Source of the DNA: Candidatus Obscuribacteraceae bacterium | GTDB lineage: Bacteria > Cyanobacteriota > Vampirovibrionia > Obscuribacterales > Obscuribacteraceae | DNA length: 64,000 nucleotides | Direction of reading: 5' to 3' | Assembly: GCA_044226015.1 (NCBI GenBank) | Contig: JBGAHS010000007.1 | Location: 416,001-480,000, forward strand | In this document: positions 29,973-39,273 of the stretch, one piece after another | Layout of the letters: the number at the start of each line of letters is the position of its first letter | Numbering within the stretch: position 1 is the first letter of the stretch | Made by a program: the position numbers and the translations under genes | The notes under the pieces: model-generated | The model's input: the letters and a program-made list of their open reading frames with translations, nothing else | The model's database searches: none | Told to the model about the DNA's origin: nothing

Positions 29973-30666
29973 TTTTAGAACCCGATTTAGGTTTAGCAGA
30001 AGGCGCCTTGACAGAGAGCTTTTTATATTCCTGTCGGAAAATAATTGCAGCTTTATAGCGCACTCGCTCTAGCTCTTCCGCAGTGTTATAAATTGCAATT
30101 GCATCATTTGCTATCGCAACACTGGCCCCGTTGTCTGAACCAATATGTTCCTGTATCTGATCAATGCGCTTGTTGATTTTCTCGATGTCTTTTCGCCACG
30201 TTTTCCAAAGTGGTTTTATTTTTTCGGCAATTTCTTTGGAGCATTTTGAGTTATTGCTATCTATATCGCTTATGTCTTCACATAGAAGGTGAATGGTTGG
30301 TTCTAATGTGTTAACGTAGAAAACAAGCCATTCTTTGCGTGGTGGTAAATATGGTGCGTTGGGTTTTAACATGCTAGCTGTGATAGCAGTTGGGGTTGTT
30401 TCTTGTGGCATATCATTGATATGCAGTGTCACTCGCGTTGCTTCCTGGAAAATATTAACTGCTTGCTGTTTTAGCTGTGCGAGGCAAAGTCTGACATCAC
30501 GAAGGTCTGTCAACATTTCATCTGCGCTCAACGGTGTGTCTTCGTTGTTTGCGTGCATCAAGTGCATGTCGCTGCTAGCACCTTCTGCAGCCAAAACCGC
30601 TAGCTGACCTGAGCTAAGAGAGAGAAGAACCGTGCTAGAAATCGCAAATTTTTTGAAACTGTTCAT
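29959..30666 (-). CDS. Hypothetical secreted all-helical protein
   Basis: Signal peptide MNSFKKFAISSTVLLSL... AAGGA RBS. Probably co-transcribed with the upstream LolA-like gene. Confidence 0.7.
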   Translation of the reverse strand: MNSFKKFAISSTVLLSLSSGQLAVLAAEGASSDMHLMHANNEDTPLSADEMLTDLRDVRLCLAQLKQQAVNIFQEATRVTLHINDMPQETTPTAITASMLKPNAPYLPPRKEWLVFYVNTLEPTIHLLCEDISDIDSNNSKCSKEIAEKIKPLWKTWRKDIEKINKRIDQIQEHIGSDNGASVAIANDAIAIYNTAEELERVRYKAAIIFRQEYKKLSVKAPSAKPKSGSKTKTP

Positions 30667-30680
30667 TTCATCCTTCTTTC

Positions 30681-31418
30681 TTAGAGTTTGAAGAGCTCGT
30701 CTGATAGTCCTTTGTTTACATCTGGTGGGTCAAAAAACACATAAGCATGCGAGTGTCCATCGGTGTAGGTGTTCCAAGCCAGGGGAAGCTTCGTGTGCGG
30801 GTCAAAGTAAATGATATGGGTTAGTCCGTTGTCTTTTCCTCGCATTGCCAAAATCTGAACCTGGTCTTTGAATGCGGGAATGCTGGTTGGCGCTGAAATA
30901 TTTGCTGACGCGCCATTTGCTACTTGCTTCTTTATGGAAGAGTAAAGTGAAACAAAATCACTCTCTGCAAGGCTGAAACCAGTAGGTAGTTTTATAGAGC
31001 GAGAGTCGGGTTGAATTGTCATCTTCAGAAGGCTAAGTCCACCGCCGCCTTTTCCTCTGATTTTTCCATCACTTTGTTTCACCACTACTGAGCCGTTTCG
31101 GTAGTCCGATGAAACAATTTCCGCTCTCAATCTTTCCCTTTGTTTGTAGAACAGTATGGCTCCGCCAAAGTCTTTCCACTGATCATCCTTAAAAGAGATT
31201 AAACGGCAAAAACATTTGTAGTCTTGCAGGTCAGATGCAGCGTTTTGAAGAGCATCTATAAAGTTGGGACTGACTGCATTCTTCGTTAGCTTTTCCACTG
31301 TGCTTGTGTCTGGCAGTTTGTCCTTTATTTCGTGCGGAGATGCCGCATTGGCGGGGCTTAGCTGGCTCAAAAGAATGGTTGAACCTAACACTACGCTTAA
31401 ACAAAGCTTCGATAGCAT
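30681..31418 (-). CDS. Exported LolA-like / outer-membrane lipoprotein-sorting fold protein
   Basis: Signal peptide. LQDYKC, FYKQRERLRAEI, IYFDPHTKLP and terminal VNKGLSDELFKL are typical of LolA-like families. Start may be 31448. Confidence 0.6.
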   Translation of the reverse strand: MLSKLCLSVVLGSTILLSQLSPANAASPHEIKDKLPDTSTVEKLTKNAVSPNFIDALQNAASDLQDYKCFCRLISFKDDQWKDFGGAILFYKQRERLRAEIVSSDYRNGSVVVKQSDGKIRGKGGGGLSLLKMTIQPDSRSIKLPTGFSLAESDFVSLYSSIKKQVANGASANISAPTSIPAFKDQVQILAMRGKDNGLTHIIYFDPHTKLPLAWNTYTDGHSHAYVFFDPPDVNKGLSDELFKL

Positions 31419-31513
31419 CGCAAGAACTCCAGTACAGCGAAACGTCATTTTACACGCATTCTTGCTGACACCGCTCCAAGATGTTTGCTTTGTTTAGCAA
31501 CTTAAGTTCTCTT

Positions 31514-31825
31514 TTAATTCAAAACCCCCATAACTTTGAGCAGTTGTGAGATGCAAATCATTAGTGGCAGAAATCCCAAAATGATGAAGAGTGCCGAAAG
31601 AAGAGCCATCTGGTCGCTTTTCTGTGCTTGATTATGCAGTGAGATTGAATCAACCTTTTCAAAGTCAATTTCGTGGGACGAACAGCCGGACTGCAAGACA
31701 GCCCTGGCTCTTCTCTCTTGTGCTAAATTCAATTCTCGACGTGATCTTACGGCTTCCTTCCACAGAAGAGCACCGATAAAGTAAGAAAGTAAGGAAAGTA
31801 TGATAGGAACCAGGCTCTGGCTCAT
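31514..31825 (-). CDS. Small two-TM membrane protein
   Basis: Two hydrophobic segments at the N- and C-ends. GAGG RBS. Confidence 0.6.
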   Translation of the reverse strand: MSQSLVPIILSLLSYFIGALLWKEAVRSRRELNLAQERRARAVLQSGCSSHEIDFEKVDSISLHNQAQKSDQMALLSALFIILGFLPLMICISQLLKVMGVLN

Positions 31826-31949
31826 AATGCTGCCTCAATTTATAGACGTTAACGGGTGTACCTGAATAATTAGGAAGTCCCTGGGCCATTTGCACGACAA
31901 TTGCACCCCTGGGCATTATTCTTGAGGTGTGTTGGTGAGGGTTGTTTGA

Positions 31950-32600
31950 GTGGAAAGCTGTCGATTCGAGTTGCCGCAAGCTGAGAGCCAAGTCAAAAAC
32001 ACCTGCGGGCTAAATCTCGTTGATTTAACAAAATCTGTCGCTGATTCTGTGGTCAAAACTGTTTCTCCAGAGGGCGGTCTTGGAAGCGGATTTATGGTTT
32101 CAAACGGTAGAGAAAATTTGATTGTGACTGACGAACACAATCTGGACGAAAACAGCGCTTCCCTGACCATTCTTCACCGTGGAGATACCTACGAGGGCAC
32201 AGTTATCGCGCGCGATACTAATAGCGATCTTGCCATTCTCAAGACTGACAGGACTTTGTCGAACCCTCCAGCGCGTGCGCTCGATCCGTACTTGGATATT
32301 CCAAAAGCGGGCGACGGAGTTGTTGCTTTTGGTTTTCCTGAGGGTGTTGATGAGATTCAGGTATCTGCTGGGAAAATGAGAGGACGTGATTCCTTCTATA
32401 ACGACCAGATAGTATTGAACGCAACGCAGGCTTGCACTTTTGGAAGTTCCGGCAGCATTCAGGTTACTGGTGATGGTCGTTGGTGGGGAATACAACAGTC
32501 TATTGGTCCGCATTATGAATGCACATCGTTATCTGCAATCAATGTTGTTGAGCTGATCCATAAAATACCCGGATGGGAGAACTATGCGGTGAAACACTGA
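31950..32600 (+). CDS. Trypsin-like serine protease domain (S1C-like, no PDZ)
   Basis: GSGFMV, VTDEH (His), DLAIL (Asp), AFGFP, FGSSGS (Ser). Confidence 0.75.
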   Translation: MESCRFELPQAESQVKNTCGLNLVDLTKSVADSVVKTVSPEGGLGSGFMVSNGRENLIVTDEHNLDENSASLTILHRGDTYEGTVIARDTNSDLAILKTDRTLSNPPARALDPYLDIPKAGDGVVAFGFPEGVDEIQVSAGKMRGRDSFYNDQIVLNATQACTFGSSGSIQVTGDGRWWGIQQSIGPHYECTSLSAINVVELIHKIPGWENYAVKH

Positions 32601-32696
32601 GCTGTTTCCTTGCAATTTTGCGAAGGCTGCCCTAGTTTTGAGGATTTTTTGGACAATATTTTGTACGGTCCGTAGTTCCAGGCGAGAATTTCTTGC

Positions 32697-35600
32697 TCAC
32701 ACATTTCGTTGTTCACTCTGTTCTTCCGTCTCTAGATTCTCAAGAATTTGCTTATTCGAGTTGAGCATACTGTAAAGCACTGGTAGTACGATCAATGTCA
32801 GCACTGTGGAGGTGATGAGACCGCCGATCACTACGGTTGCTAATGGCTTTTGTACTTCTGCGCCTGCTCCATGAGAGAGAGCCATCGGCAAAAATCCGAG
32901 CGTTGCCACCATCGCTGTCATCAAGACGGGTCTAAGACGCGTGATAGCTGCGGTTTCTACAGCAGACTTTGTAGCCATTGTTTTGGCATATTCTTGAATA
33001 GAGGAGATCAACACAATACCATTCAAAACTGCAACGCCAAACAGTGCGATGAAGCCGATTGTTGCTGGCACGCTTAAATACATGCCGCGTAACCACAAAG
33101 CCATCAAGCCGCCAATTAGTGCGAATGGAACATTTAGTAGAACTAGCAAAGCAAGTTGAGCAGAGCTGAAGGTCGCGGTGAGCAAGATGAATATTGCCAG
33201 CACAGAGGCTGGCACCACGAAGGCAAATCTTTGCATCGCTCTTTGTTGATTTTCGAACTGTCCGCCCCATTTTATGTAGTAACCTGTGGGCAGTTTTACC
33301 TGTTCTTCAATCAATTTTTGGGAAGCCTGGACGAAGCTGCCGATATCCCTATCTCGAACATTACACTGTACGACTATTTTTCTTTGTCCTGATTCTCGAC
33401 TCAAGACCTCCATTCCGGGTTCTACTTCTATCTGGGCGAGTTGTGACAACGGAATGTTTCTTCCATCAGCAGTTTTTAGCAGAATCTTCCCCAAGCTTGC
33501 TGTGTCGTATTCAGGTTCTGCTGGAAGGCGCAATCTGATTGTAAACCTGCGACGTCCCTCGACTACTTCGGATACTGGGGTTCCAATTACGGCTGATTGC
33601 AACACTGTTCTTATCTGCTCGATTTCCACCCCGTAGCGAGCCAGCTTGAGTCTGTCTGGTTTGATAACCATTTGTCCTGACCCAAAAATGTGCTCCATTT
33701 GAAGGTCAGCGACGCCAGGTACTTTCTTTAGAAGTGCCGTAACCTCTGCTGCTTTTTGCTGAAGTATAGTTACATCATCGCCGAATATTTTTACGGCGAC
33801 CTGTGCTTTCACCCCTGAGACAAGTTCGTCAACTCTCATCGCAATAGGCTGTGTGAAGTTAAAGCTAGAACCAGGAATGGTGTCATTCAGATGTGCTCTG
33901 AGTTCATCAGAAAGCGCATTCTTGTTAAGTCCCTGTCTCCATTCTTGTCTCGGTTTCAAGATGACAAAAACATCAGCCTGGTAAACACCCATTGGGTCGG
34001 TAGCCAGGTCTGGACGTCCAATTCTCGACTCGACTTCAGCCACCTCGGGGGATTTCTTTATCGTCTTTTCTATTAGACCTGAAAGCCGAATGGACTCTTT
34101 CAAGCTAATGGTGGTGGGCATGCGAGCTTGAATTACAAGATCGCCTTCGTCTAACTGAGGAACGAATTCGGTACCGATGAAAGCAAGACTTGCCGCTGAA
34201 GCTAAAAACATTATTGTGCTGCTTCCAACTACAAGGACTGGATGGCGCAGGCACCACTGCAAAATTGGACGATAAGTCCGTTTTGCTAGATTGATGATGA
34301 TGTTTTCTCTTTCTCTAACCTTTCCTCTGAAAACAAAAGATGCCATTGCCGGAATCAATAGTAGTGCTGTTGCAAGCGAACCTAAGAGGGCGAAGCATAC
34401 CGCGAAAACCATCGGAGAAAACATCTTGTACTCCATGCCCTGTAAGCTTAAGATAGGCAGGTACACAATTGTGATGATCAAAATGCCAAAGAGAATAGGG
34501 CGAGCCATTTGTCCGGTGGATTCTTGTATTATCTCGAAGTTTGATAATGCGCCATCTCGTTCGTGAGATAGTCGTCTCACTATGTTCTCCATCATGACTA
34601 TAGATCCGTCTACAATCATGCCAAAATCGATGGCTCCAAGGCTCATTATGTTCACAGAAATTCCTAGCCATTTCATGCCAATGAACGAGAACATCAGCGA
34701 AATTGGTATTACAAGTGCCACCATCAGCGCAGCACGAATGTTTCCCAACATTAGTAGAAGAATTAGAACTACTAGACTTCCGCCTTCGGCTAGATTCGTT
34801 TTGACTGTATTGATGGTTTGCTCTACCAGAGCGGTTTGATCATAAAAGGGTTCAATTTCAATGCCTTTTGGCAAGCCACTCTGAATATGTGAAATTTCCT
34901 TTTTGACTCTGCTGATGACTTCCCGACTGTTCTCACCCTTCAGCATCATCACAATACCAGTAACTACTTCTCCCTCTCCGTCCTTCGTTACCGCACCTTG
35001 TCTGAGCGAACTGTTTATACTCACATCTGCAACGTTCTTGATAGTGATAGGTACACCATTATCGATTTTGATAACCGTGTTTTGCAAGTCGGCGATCTTT
35101 TGAATGCGTCCGACACCGCGCACCAAAAACTGTTCCGAGTTATGGTCCACAATGCCTGCTCCGAAGTTGGCATTGTTGTGCTCGATGCAGCTACTCAAAT
35201 CATCGAGTGTAAGGTTGTATTGTAAAAGCTTGTCAGGAAAAGCAGTTACCGTAAATTCTAGCGAGTGCCCACCCCATGCGTTCACATCAGCTACTCCGGG
35301 CACTGAGCGTAACATGTATTTGATCTCCCAATCATTGAGAGTCTTCAAGTCCATGCTGCTCTGCCCAGCTCCGTGTAGCACGTATTGATAGATTTCTCCC
35401 ATTGCTGTAGATACTGGTCCAAGCTCGGGATTGATGTCTTTGGGAAGCCTTGAACGAGCCGCTTGCAGGCGCTCTGAAACAAGTTGGCGAGCAAAATAGG
35501 TATTCGTTTCGTCGCCAAAAACCACTGTTATAACAGATAGTCCATATTTTGAAATCGAGCGAACTTGCTCTACGTTTGGCAATCCATTAAGTGTTGATTC

Positions 35601-35804
35601 CAGAGGAATAGTTATAAGTTGCTCTGTCTCTTCGGGACCCATTCCTGGGGCTTCCGAAAAGATTTGGACTTGATTGTTTACCAGATCAGGGAAGGCGTCT
35701 ATAGGAATATGCAAGAACGCCATAACTCCTGAAAATATAACCACAGCAAAAATGATGAAGGTCACCACTCGAAACTTTAAACTGCCCGAGAAGAATCTTT
35801 CCAT
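32697..35804 (-). CDS. czcA: CusA/CzcA family heavy-metal efflux RND permease
   Basis: IPIDAFPDL.NNQVQI, MSLGAIDFGMIVDG, GRPDLATDPMG, RLRPVLMTA, EVQKPLATVVIGG. Confidence 0.93.
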   Translation of the reverse strand: MERFFSGSLKFRVVTFIIFAVVIFSGVMAFLHIPIDAFPDLVNNQVQIFSEAPGMGPEETEQLITIPLESTLNGLPNVEQVRSISKYGLSVITVVFGDETNTYFARQLVSERLQAARSRLPKDINPELGPVSTAMGEIYQYVLHGAGQSSMDLKTLNDWEIKYMLRSVPGVADVNAWGGHSLEFTVTAFPDKLLQYNLTLDDLSSCIEHNNANFGAGIVDHNSEQFLVRGVGRIQKIADLQNTVIKIDNGVPITIKNVADVSINSSLRQGAVTKDGEGEVVTGIVMMLKGENSREVISRVKKEISHIQSGLPKGIEIEPFYDQTALVEQTINTVKTNLAEGGSLVVLILLLMLGNIRAALMVALVIPISLMFSFIGMKWLGISVNIMSLGAIDFGMIVDGSIVMMENIVRRLSHERDGALSNFEIIQESTGQMARPILFGILIITIVYLPILSLQGMEYKMFSPMVFAVCFALLGSLATALLLIPAMASFVFRGKVRERENIIINLAKRTYRPILQWCLRHPVLVVGSSTIMFLASAASLAFIGTEFVPQLDEGDLVIQARMPTTISLKESIRLSGLIEKTIKKSPEVAEVESRIGRPDLATDPMGVYQADVFVILKPRQEWRQGLNKNALSDELRAHLNDTIPGSSFNFTQPIAMRVDELVSGVKAQVAVKIFGDDVTILQQKAAEVTALLKKVPGVADLQMEHIFGSGQMVIKPDRLKLARYGVEIEQIRTVLQSAVIGTPVSEVVEGRRRFTIRLRLPAEPEYDTASLGKILLKTADGRNIPLSQLAQIEVEPGMEVLSRESGQRKIVVQCNVRDRDIGSFVQASQKLIEEQVKLPTGYYIKWGGQFENQQRAMQRFAFVVPASVLAIFILLTATFSSAQLALLVLLNVPFALIGGLMALWLRGMYLSVPATIGFIALFGVAVLNGIVLISSIQEYAKTMATKSAVETAAITRLRPVLMTAMVATLGFLPMALSHGAGAEVQKPLATVVIGGLITSTVLTLIVLPVLYSMLNSNKQILENLETEEQSEQRNV

Positions 35805-37057
35805 CAGAATTGAACCCCTTCTGTAGGATCATTCGTAAGATGTTCTTTTAAATAGTAGCTACCTTTTGCTGCGATGGTATCACCCGGTACAAGTCCAGAA
35901 CTCACAAAATACCCTGATGTTGTTTGATTGGAAACCTGAATTTGTGTTTTCTTGTAAGTGCCCTTAGCTTGTTTGACAAAGACTACTTTCTTTCCATCGA
36001 TTTCTTGCACCGCTTCTGTAGGAATGAATGGGAATTGAGAACTTCCATTTTGCTCGATTTCGACATGTCCGAACATTCCTGGTTTCAGCGAAAGTTTGTC
36101 ATTGGGAAGAATTGCTCGAGCAACAAAGGTTCTGCTGTCTTGTGCAAGTGGCTTGATGTAGTCTATGTGTCCTTTGAACTGTCTGTTAGGTAAGCTGTCT
36201 GTGGTGAAAGAAATTACCGCACCTTCTTTAATGCTGCCAAGGTCGCGGTCAAAAATCGTTATGTCTAGCCAGACTTTAGACAGGTCAGAAACAATGTAAA
36301 GTTGATCGCTGGGATTTATGACATCGCCCACGGTGATATTTTTCTTGACTATAAATCCACTTCTAGGACATAGAATTGGCGAATGGCGAATAGGCTGATC
36401 GCCCTTAATATCATCTATATTGGCACCATAAGCGGAGAGCATGGCTTTTGCCTCTTCTTTCTGATGACCCAGTTCCTTTTGGGCGGTATCCAAATTCGCT
36501 TCTTCAAGTGCTAACTGTGTCTGTGCTTGAAGATAATCTTTCTCAGCCGCTATTCGTAAATTGAATAGCTTCTCCAGTCGAGCCTTGTTGGCAGTAGCCA
36601 ATTTCAGACGAGTCTGACTCTGCTTTATTTCCAACTCTTTGACATGACTTTCGTGAATGTAATTCGCCGAAATCTTCATGACCTCCAGATTCTCAACGAG
36701 GGCAAGTCTCTGGTGTGTTTTGACATAATCACCCAGGCTGACATAGTCTGCAATTAACTGTCCGCCTACCAGGGAACTTACGTGAAAAACATTGTTTTCA
36801 TCAGACTTGATTTCTCCGGTCGTTTCTACACGCTGATTGGCAGCTTTGATAGCAACTGGAAGATCTTCTAGCTGCGCAGAACTCAGCATGGAGTCGGACA
36901 AGTGAACTGTGCTGCCGTCCGAGCTTATCTTGTTTTCTACTTTTGCTTCAGGAGGTGATGGGTTGGAACTTGCTGAACTTTTAAGTTCAGGTTGGCTGCA
37001 GGAACTCAGCGAGAACATCAGTGCCAGGCTTATTGAAATGTAGCATGCTATTTTCAT
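35804..37057 (-). CDS. czcB: RND efflux periplasmic adaptor (CzcB/CusB-like), lipoprotein
   Basis: Lipobox-like MKIACY...LSSC. DLSKVW, LKPGMFG. Stop/start overlap with czcA. Start chosen at ATG 37057 (ORF open to 37159). Confidence 0.88.
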   Translation of the reverse strand: MKIACYISISLALMFSLSSCSQPELKSSASSNPSPPEAKVENKISSDGSTVHLSDSMLSSAQLEDLPVAIKAANQRVETTGEIKSDENNVFHVSSLVGGQLIADYVSLGDYVKTHQRLALVENLEVMKISANYIHESHVKELEIKQSQTRLKLATANKARLEKLFNLRIAAEKDYLQAQTQLALEEANLDTAQKELGHQKEEAKAMLSAYGANIDDIKGDQPIRHSPILCPRSGFIVKKNITVGDVINPSDQLYIVSDLSKVWLDITIFDRDLGSIKEGAVISFTTDSLPNRQFKGHIDYIKPLAQDSRTFVARAILPNDKLSLKPGMFGHVEIEQNGSSQFPFIPTEAVQEIDGKKVVFVKQAKGTYKKTQIQVSNQTTSGYFVSSGLVPGDTIAAKGSYYLKEHLTNDPTEGVQF

Positions 37058-37471
37058 CAACTTTTCCATGCAAAAGAGCCAGAACTTCATACAACGAGAC
37101 CCCAAATGGAACTCGAAATACGAAGGTCTGGCTCTCAGAATAATATTCATTCTGCTCACGGACCGGACGCATTAGAGCATCAGTATGTCGATTTCCGCGA
37201 GACCGCTGATGCGGCTGGGCTACTCCCCTTAGTACATTGGATCATAACAGGTGGCGCGGAATTTGAGATCTTTCTTGAGTCAATATTTAGGATCTGACAC
37301 AAGTTGAAATCGTTGCAAGTAGACGATTCAGCGTCTTATAGATTCCCATTGGAAAGTAATGTTGACGCGTCGGCACTTAGGTGGATATCAGTGCTCTTGT
37401 CATTAACGTAGGGCTGGCTTCTAGTTACTCTTCATGCTCTGTGGTATCGTCTCTGGTGACGGAGGACTCAT

Positions 37472-38278
37472 ATGCCACTCAAACCTTATCGCTTTGCCAT
37501 TATTTCTGACATTCATTACGGAACGGACAAACCAGTCGATGGGTACTGCAAGAAGCTGCCATCCCGGGCCATTTCGCTAGTGCGTTATTTCGTCAATCAG
37601 ATGGCAAAACTAAAGCCTGAATTTATTGTTCAACTGGGAAATGCGATTGAAGACGATGATGCGGATGAAGATTTCGATAATTTGGAAAAAGTCGTTGAGG
37701 TCTTGAAAGAAACCACGCTTCCTGTTTATCACGTGGTAGGGTCTCACGAGCAAGTAAATCTAAGTGTTGAGCAAATTAAGTCGGTTTTGAAGAAGGAGTG
37801 TCTGTATTACTCGTGGGAGGGAGGCAACTTCAAGTTCATCGCACTTTTTGCTCAAGATAAAGGCGCTGAGCTCAGTCTTGATCCAGCGCAGATGAGCTGG
37901 TTTGAATTGCAGCTTTCTGAATCGAAATTTCCCATCATCGTCTTTTTGCATTGTCCGGTTGATGAACAAGACCTTTATGAAAACTACTATTTTGATAACA
38001 AGCCCGAACGTTGCTTTCTCAGCGGTAGTGCTGAGTTTCGAAATCTGCTTAGTCGTTCAGGAAAAGTAAAACTTGTTGTTAGTGGACATATTCATCAGAA
38101 CAATATAAACGAGTTCGACGGCGTTCATTATGTGACTTTGCAGTCGCTCGTCGAAAACATGACAAAAACTGGCAAGACGCCCAGCGAATCTTACTCAGTG
38201 GTTACGATAACCGAAAAGGAAATCAGAATTGAGGTGCTCGGGCTGGCTCAGGCGGAGTTCCGAATATCAATAAAGTGA
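37472..38278 (+). CDS. Calcineurin-like metallophosphoesterase (variant motifs)
   Basis: ISDIHYG, LGN (for GD), VGSHE (for GNHD/E), LHCP, SGHIH. GGAGG RBS. Confidence 0.82.
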   Translation: MPLKPYRFAIISDIHYGTDKPVDGYCKKLPSRAISLVRYFVNQMAKLKPEFIVQLGNAIEDDDADEDFDNLEKVVEVLKETTLPVYHVVGSHEQVNLSVEQIKSVLKKECLYYSWEGGNFKFIALFAQDKGAELSLDPAQMSWFELQLSESKFPIIVFLHCPVDEQDLYENYYFDNKPERCFLSGSAEFRNLLSRSGKVKLVVSGHIHQNNINEFDGVHYVTLQSLVENMTKTGKTPSESYSVVTITEKEIRIEVLGLAQAEFRISIK

Positions 38279-38289
38279 ACTCAGTTTAT

Positions 38290-38353
38290 CGCCGAAGGGC
38301 GCAGAGCGGTGTTCGGTCTTCGAGCGAGCACTGCCTCAAACATGGTCTCGGCG
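38290..38353. terminator. GC-rich nested hairpin between convergent genes
   Basis: gcggtgttcg (38306-15) pairs with cgagcactgc (38325-34). Outer stem cgccga/tcggcg. Confidence 0.4.
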
Positions 38354-38380
38354 CTCTCTTCATAAAAGCAAAGTTTTGAT

Positions 38381-38872
38381 TCAAATGTGCTGACTTAGTC
38401 CAAATTTTCTTGCTATTGTTGCTGAGTCTCCGCCCCAAACTTCTGTGGGAGGAGGTCCGAAATACTTCTCGTATTCAACTAGCGTTTCTAAGTACAGCTC
38501 ACGAAACTGCTTATTCTCTGCATCATCTCCTCTGCCTGGCTCATGATGAAGAAAGTCGATTTCCAATTCATTTCTGCAAAAGCTCTGGTATGATCGCGTG
38601 TAAAGTAAGTGCATGTGCCAGACTGTGTCAATCACTATGGATGGTACCACTCGTCCAGGCTGTCGGCTGGCTAAAAATGCGAATTTGAGGTATTCAGATA
38701 TTGCTAGCCTCGTGAACTCGTCTGACCAATCCATTTCTGCTGCAAGAGATTTTGATAAAGGTAGAACTGCTGACGGATCATCGATTGAAAAATCCAGAAC
38801 TTTCTTCAGTCGTTTGAGTTCTGGCTCAATTAAGTGTTCTGGCTTTGACTTGTCCGGCAGGCAATCTCCCAC
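38381..38872 (-). CDS. Stand-alone glycine-rich-domain-containing (DUF1399/GRDP-like) protein, putative His-coordinated metalloenzyme
   Basis: FSIDDP, WS....AISEYLKF.FLA, VVPS..IDTVWHMHLLYTRSY..FC, FLHHEP, Y..TL..Y...FG.PP..VW. GTG start at 38872 lies 8 nt past the upstream peptide stop. Confidence 0.78.
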   Translation of the reverse strand: MGDCLPDKSKPEHLIEPELKRLKKVLDFSIDDPSAVLPLSKSLAAEMDWSDEFTRLAISEYLKFAFLASRQPGRVVPSIVIDTVWHMHLLYTRSYQSFCRNELEIDFLHHEPGRGDDAENKQFRELYLETLVEYEKYFGPPPTEVWGGDSATIARKFGLSQHI

Positions 38873-38879
38873 ATTTCTT

Positions 38880-39053
38880 TTATTTACAGGATCCGCTGCA
38901 ACTGCCACTGCATTTTCCCTCAATTGCATTGTCTTTCTTGCCGCCTTTTCTCTGCCCGCCAAAGAATTTTCCCCTGCCCGGCCCTGCGACCAGTGTTTCA
39001 AGTTCGCTTTCTTCCGTGCTGGAGGACTTTTCGGTTTTAACTTCTGCGCTCAT
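38880..39053 (-). CDS. 57-aa peptide MSAEVKTEKSSSTEESELETLVAGPGRGKFFGGQRKGGKKDNAIEGKCSGSCSGSCK, candidate RiPP-like precursor / metal-binding peptide
   Basis: Translated by hand (below the ORF-track cut-off). ATG preceded by GAAGAGGG. Acidic leader-like half, Gly/Lys-rich middle, CxxxCxxxC tail. Confidence 0.68.
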   Translation of the reverse strand: MSAEVKTEKSSSTEESELETLVAGPGRGKFFGGQRKGGKKDNAIEGKCSGSCSGSCK

Positions 39054-39273
39054 GGCTACCCTCTTCAGAAAGTGACCTAAAGTCTAGCGCATCGTTTCGC
39101 TCGAAATTGCACTCTAGCATTAAATCTTGGGCTCATCCCCTGGGGGAGGTAGGCATGTTTAGAAGTCACTTTTGCGCTTTGCCATGTTTAGTAATGTTCA
39201 GGTAACCCAGCGCGACTATCTTGTATTTACCGAGCTATTCGTAGTTCAGAGGGTATTGGCTGGGGGAAAGACT

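Noticed and set aside
38873..39001. N-terminal extension of the ORF-track 206-aa protein (MKHWSQGRAG...)
   Set aside because: It overlaps the better-supported 57-aa peptide in another frame, and family similarity starts only after the GTG at 38872
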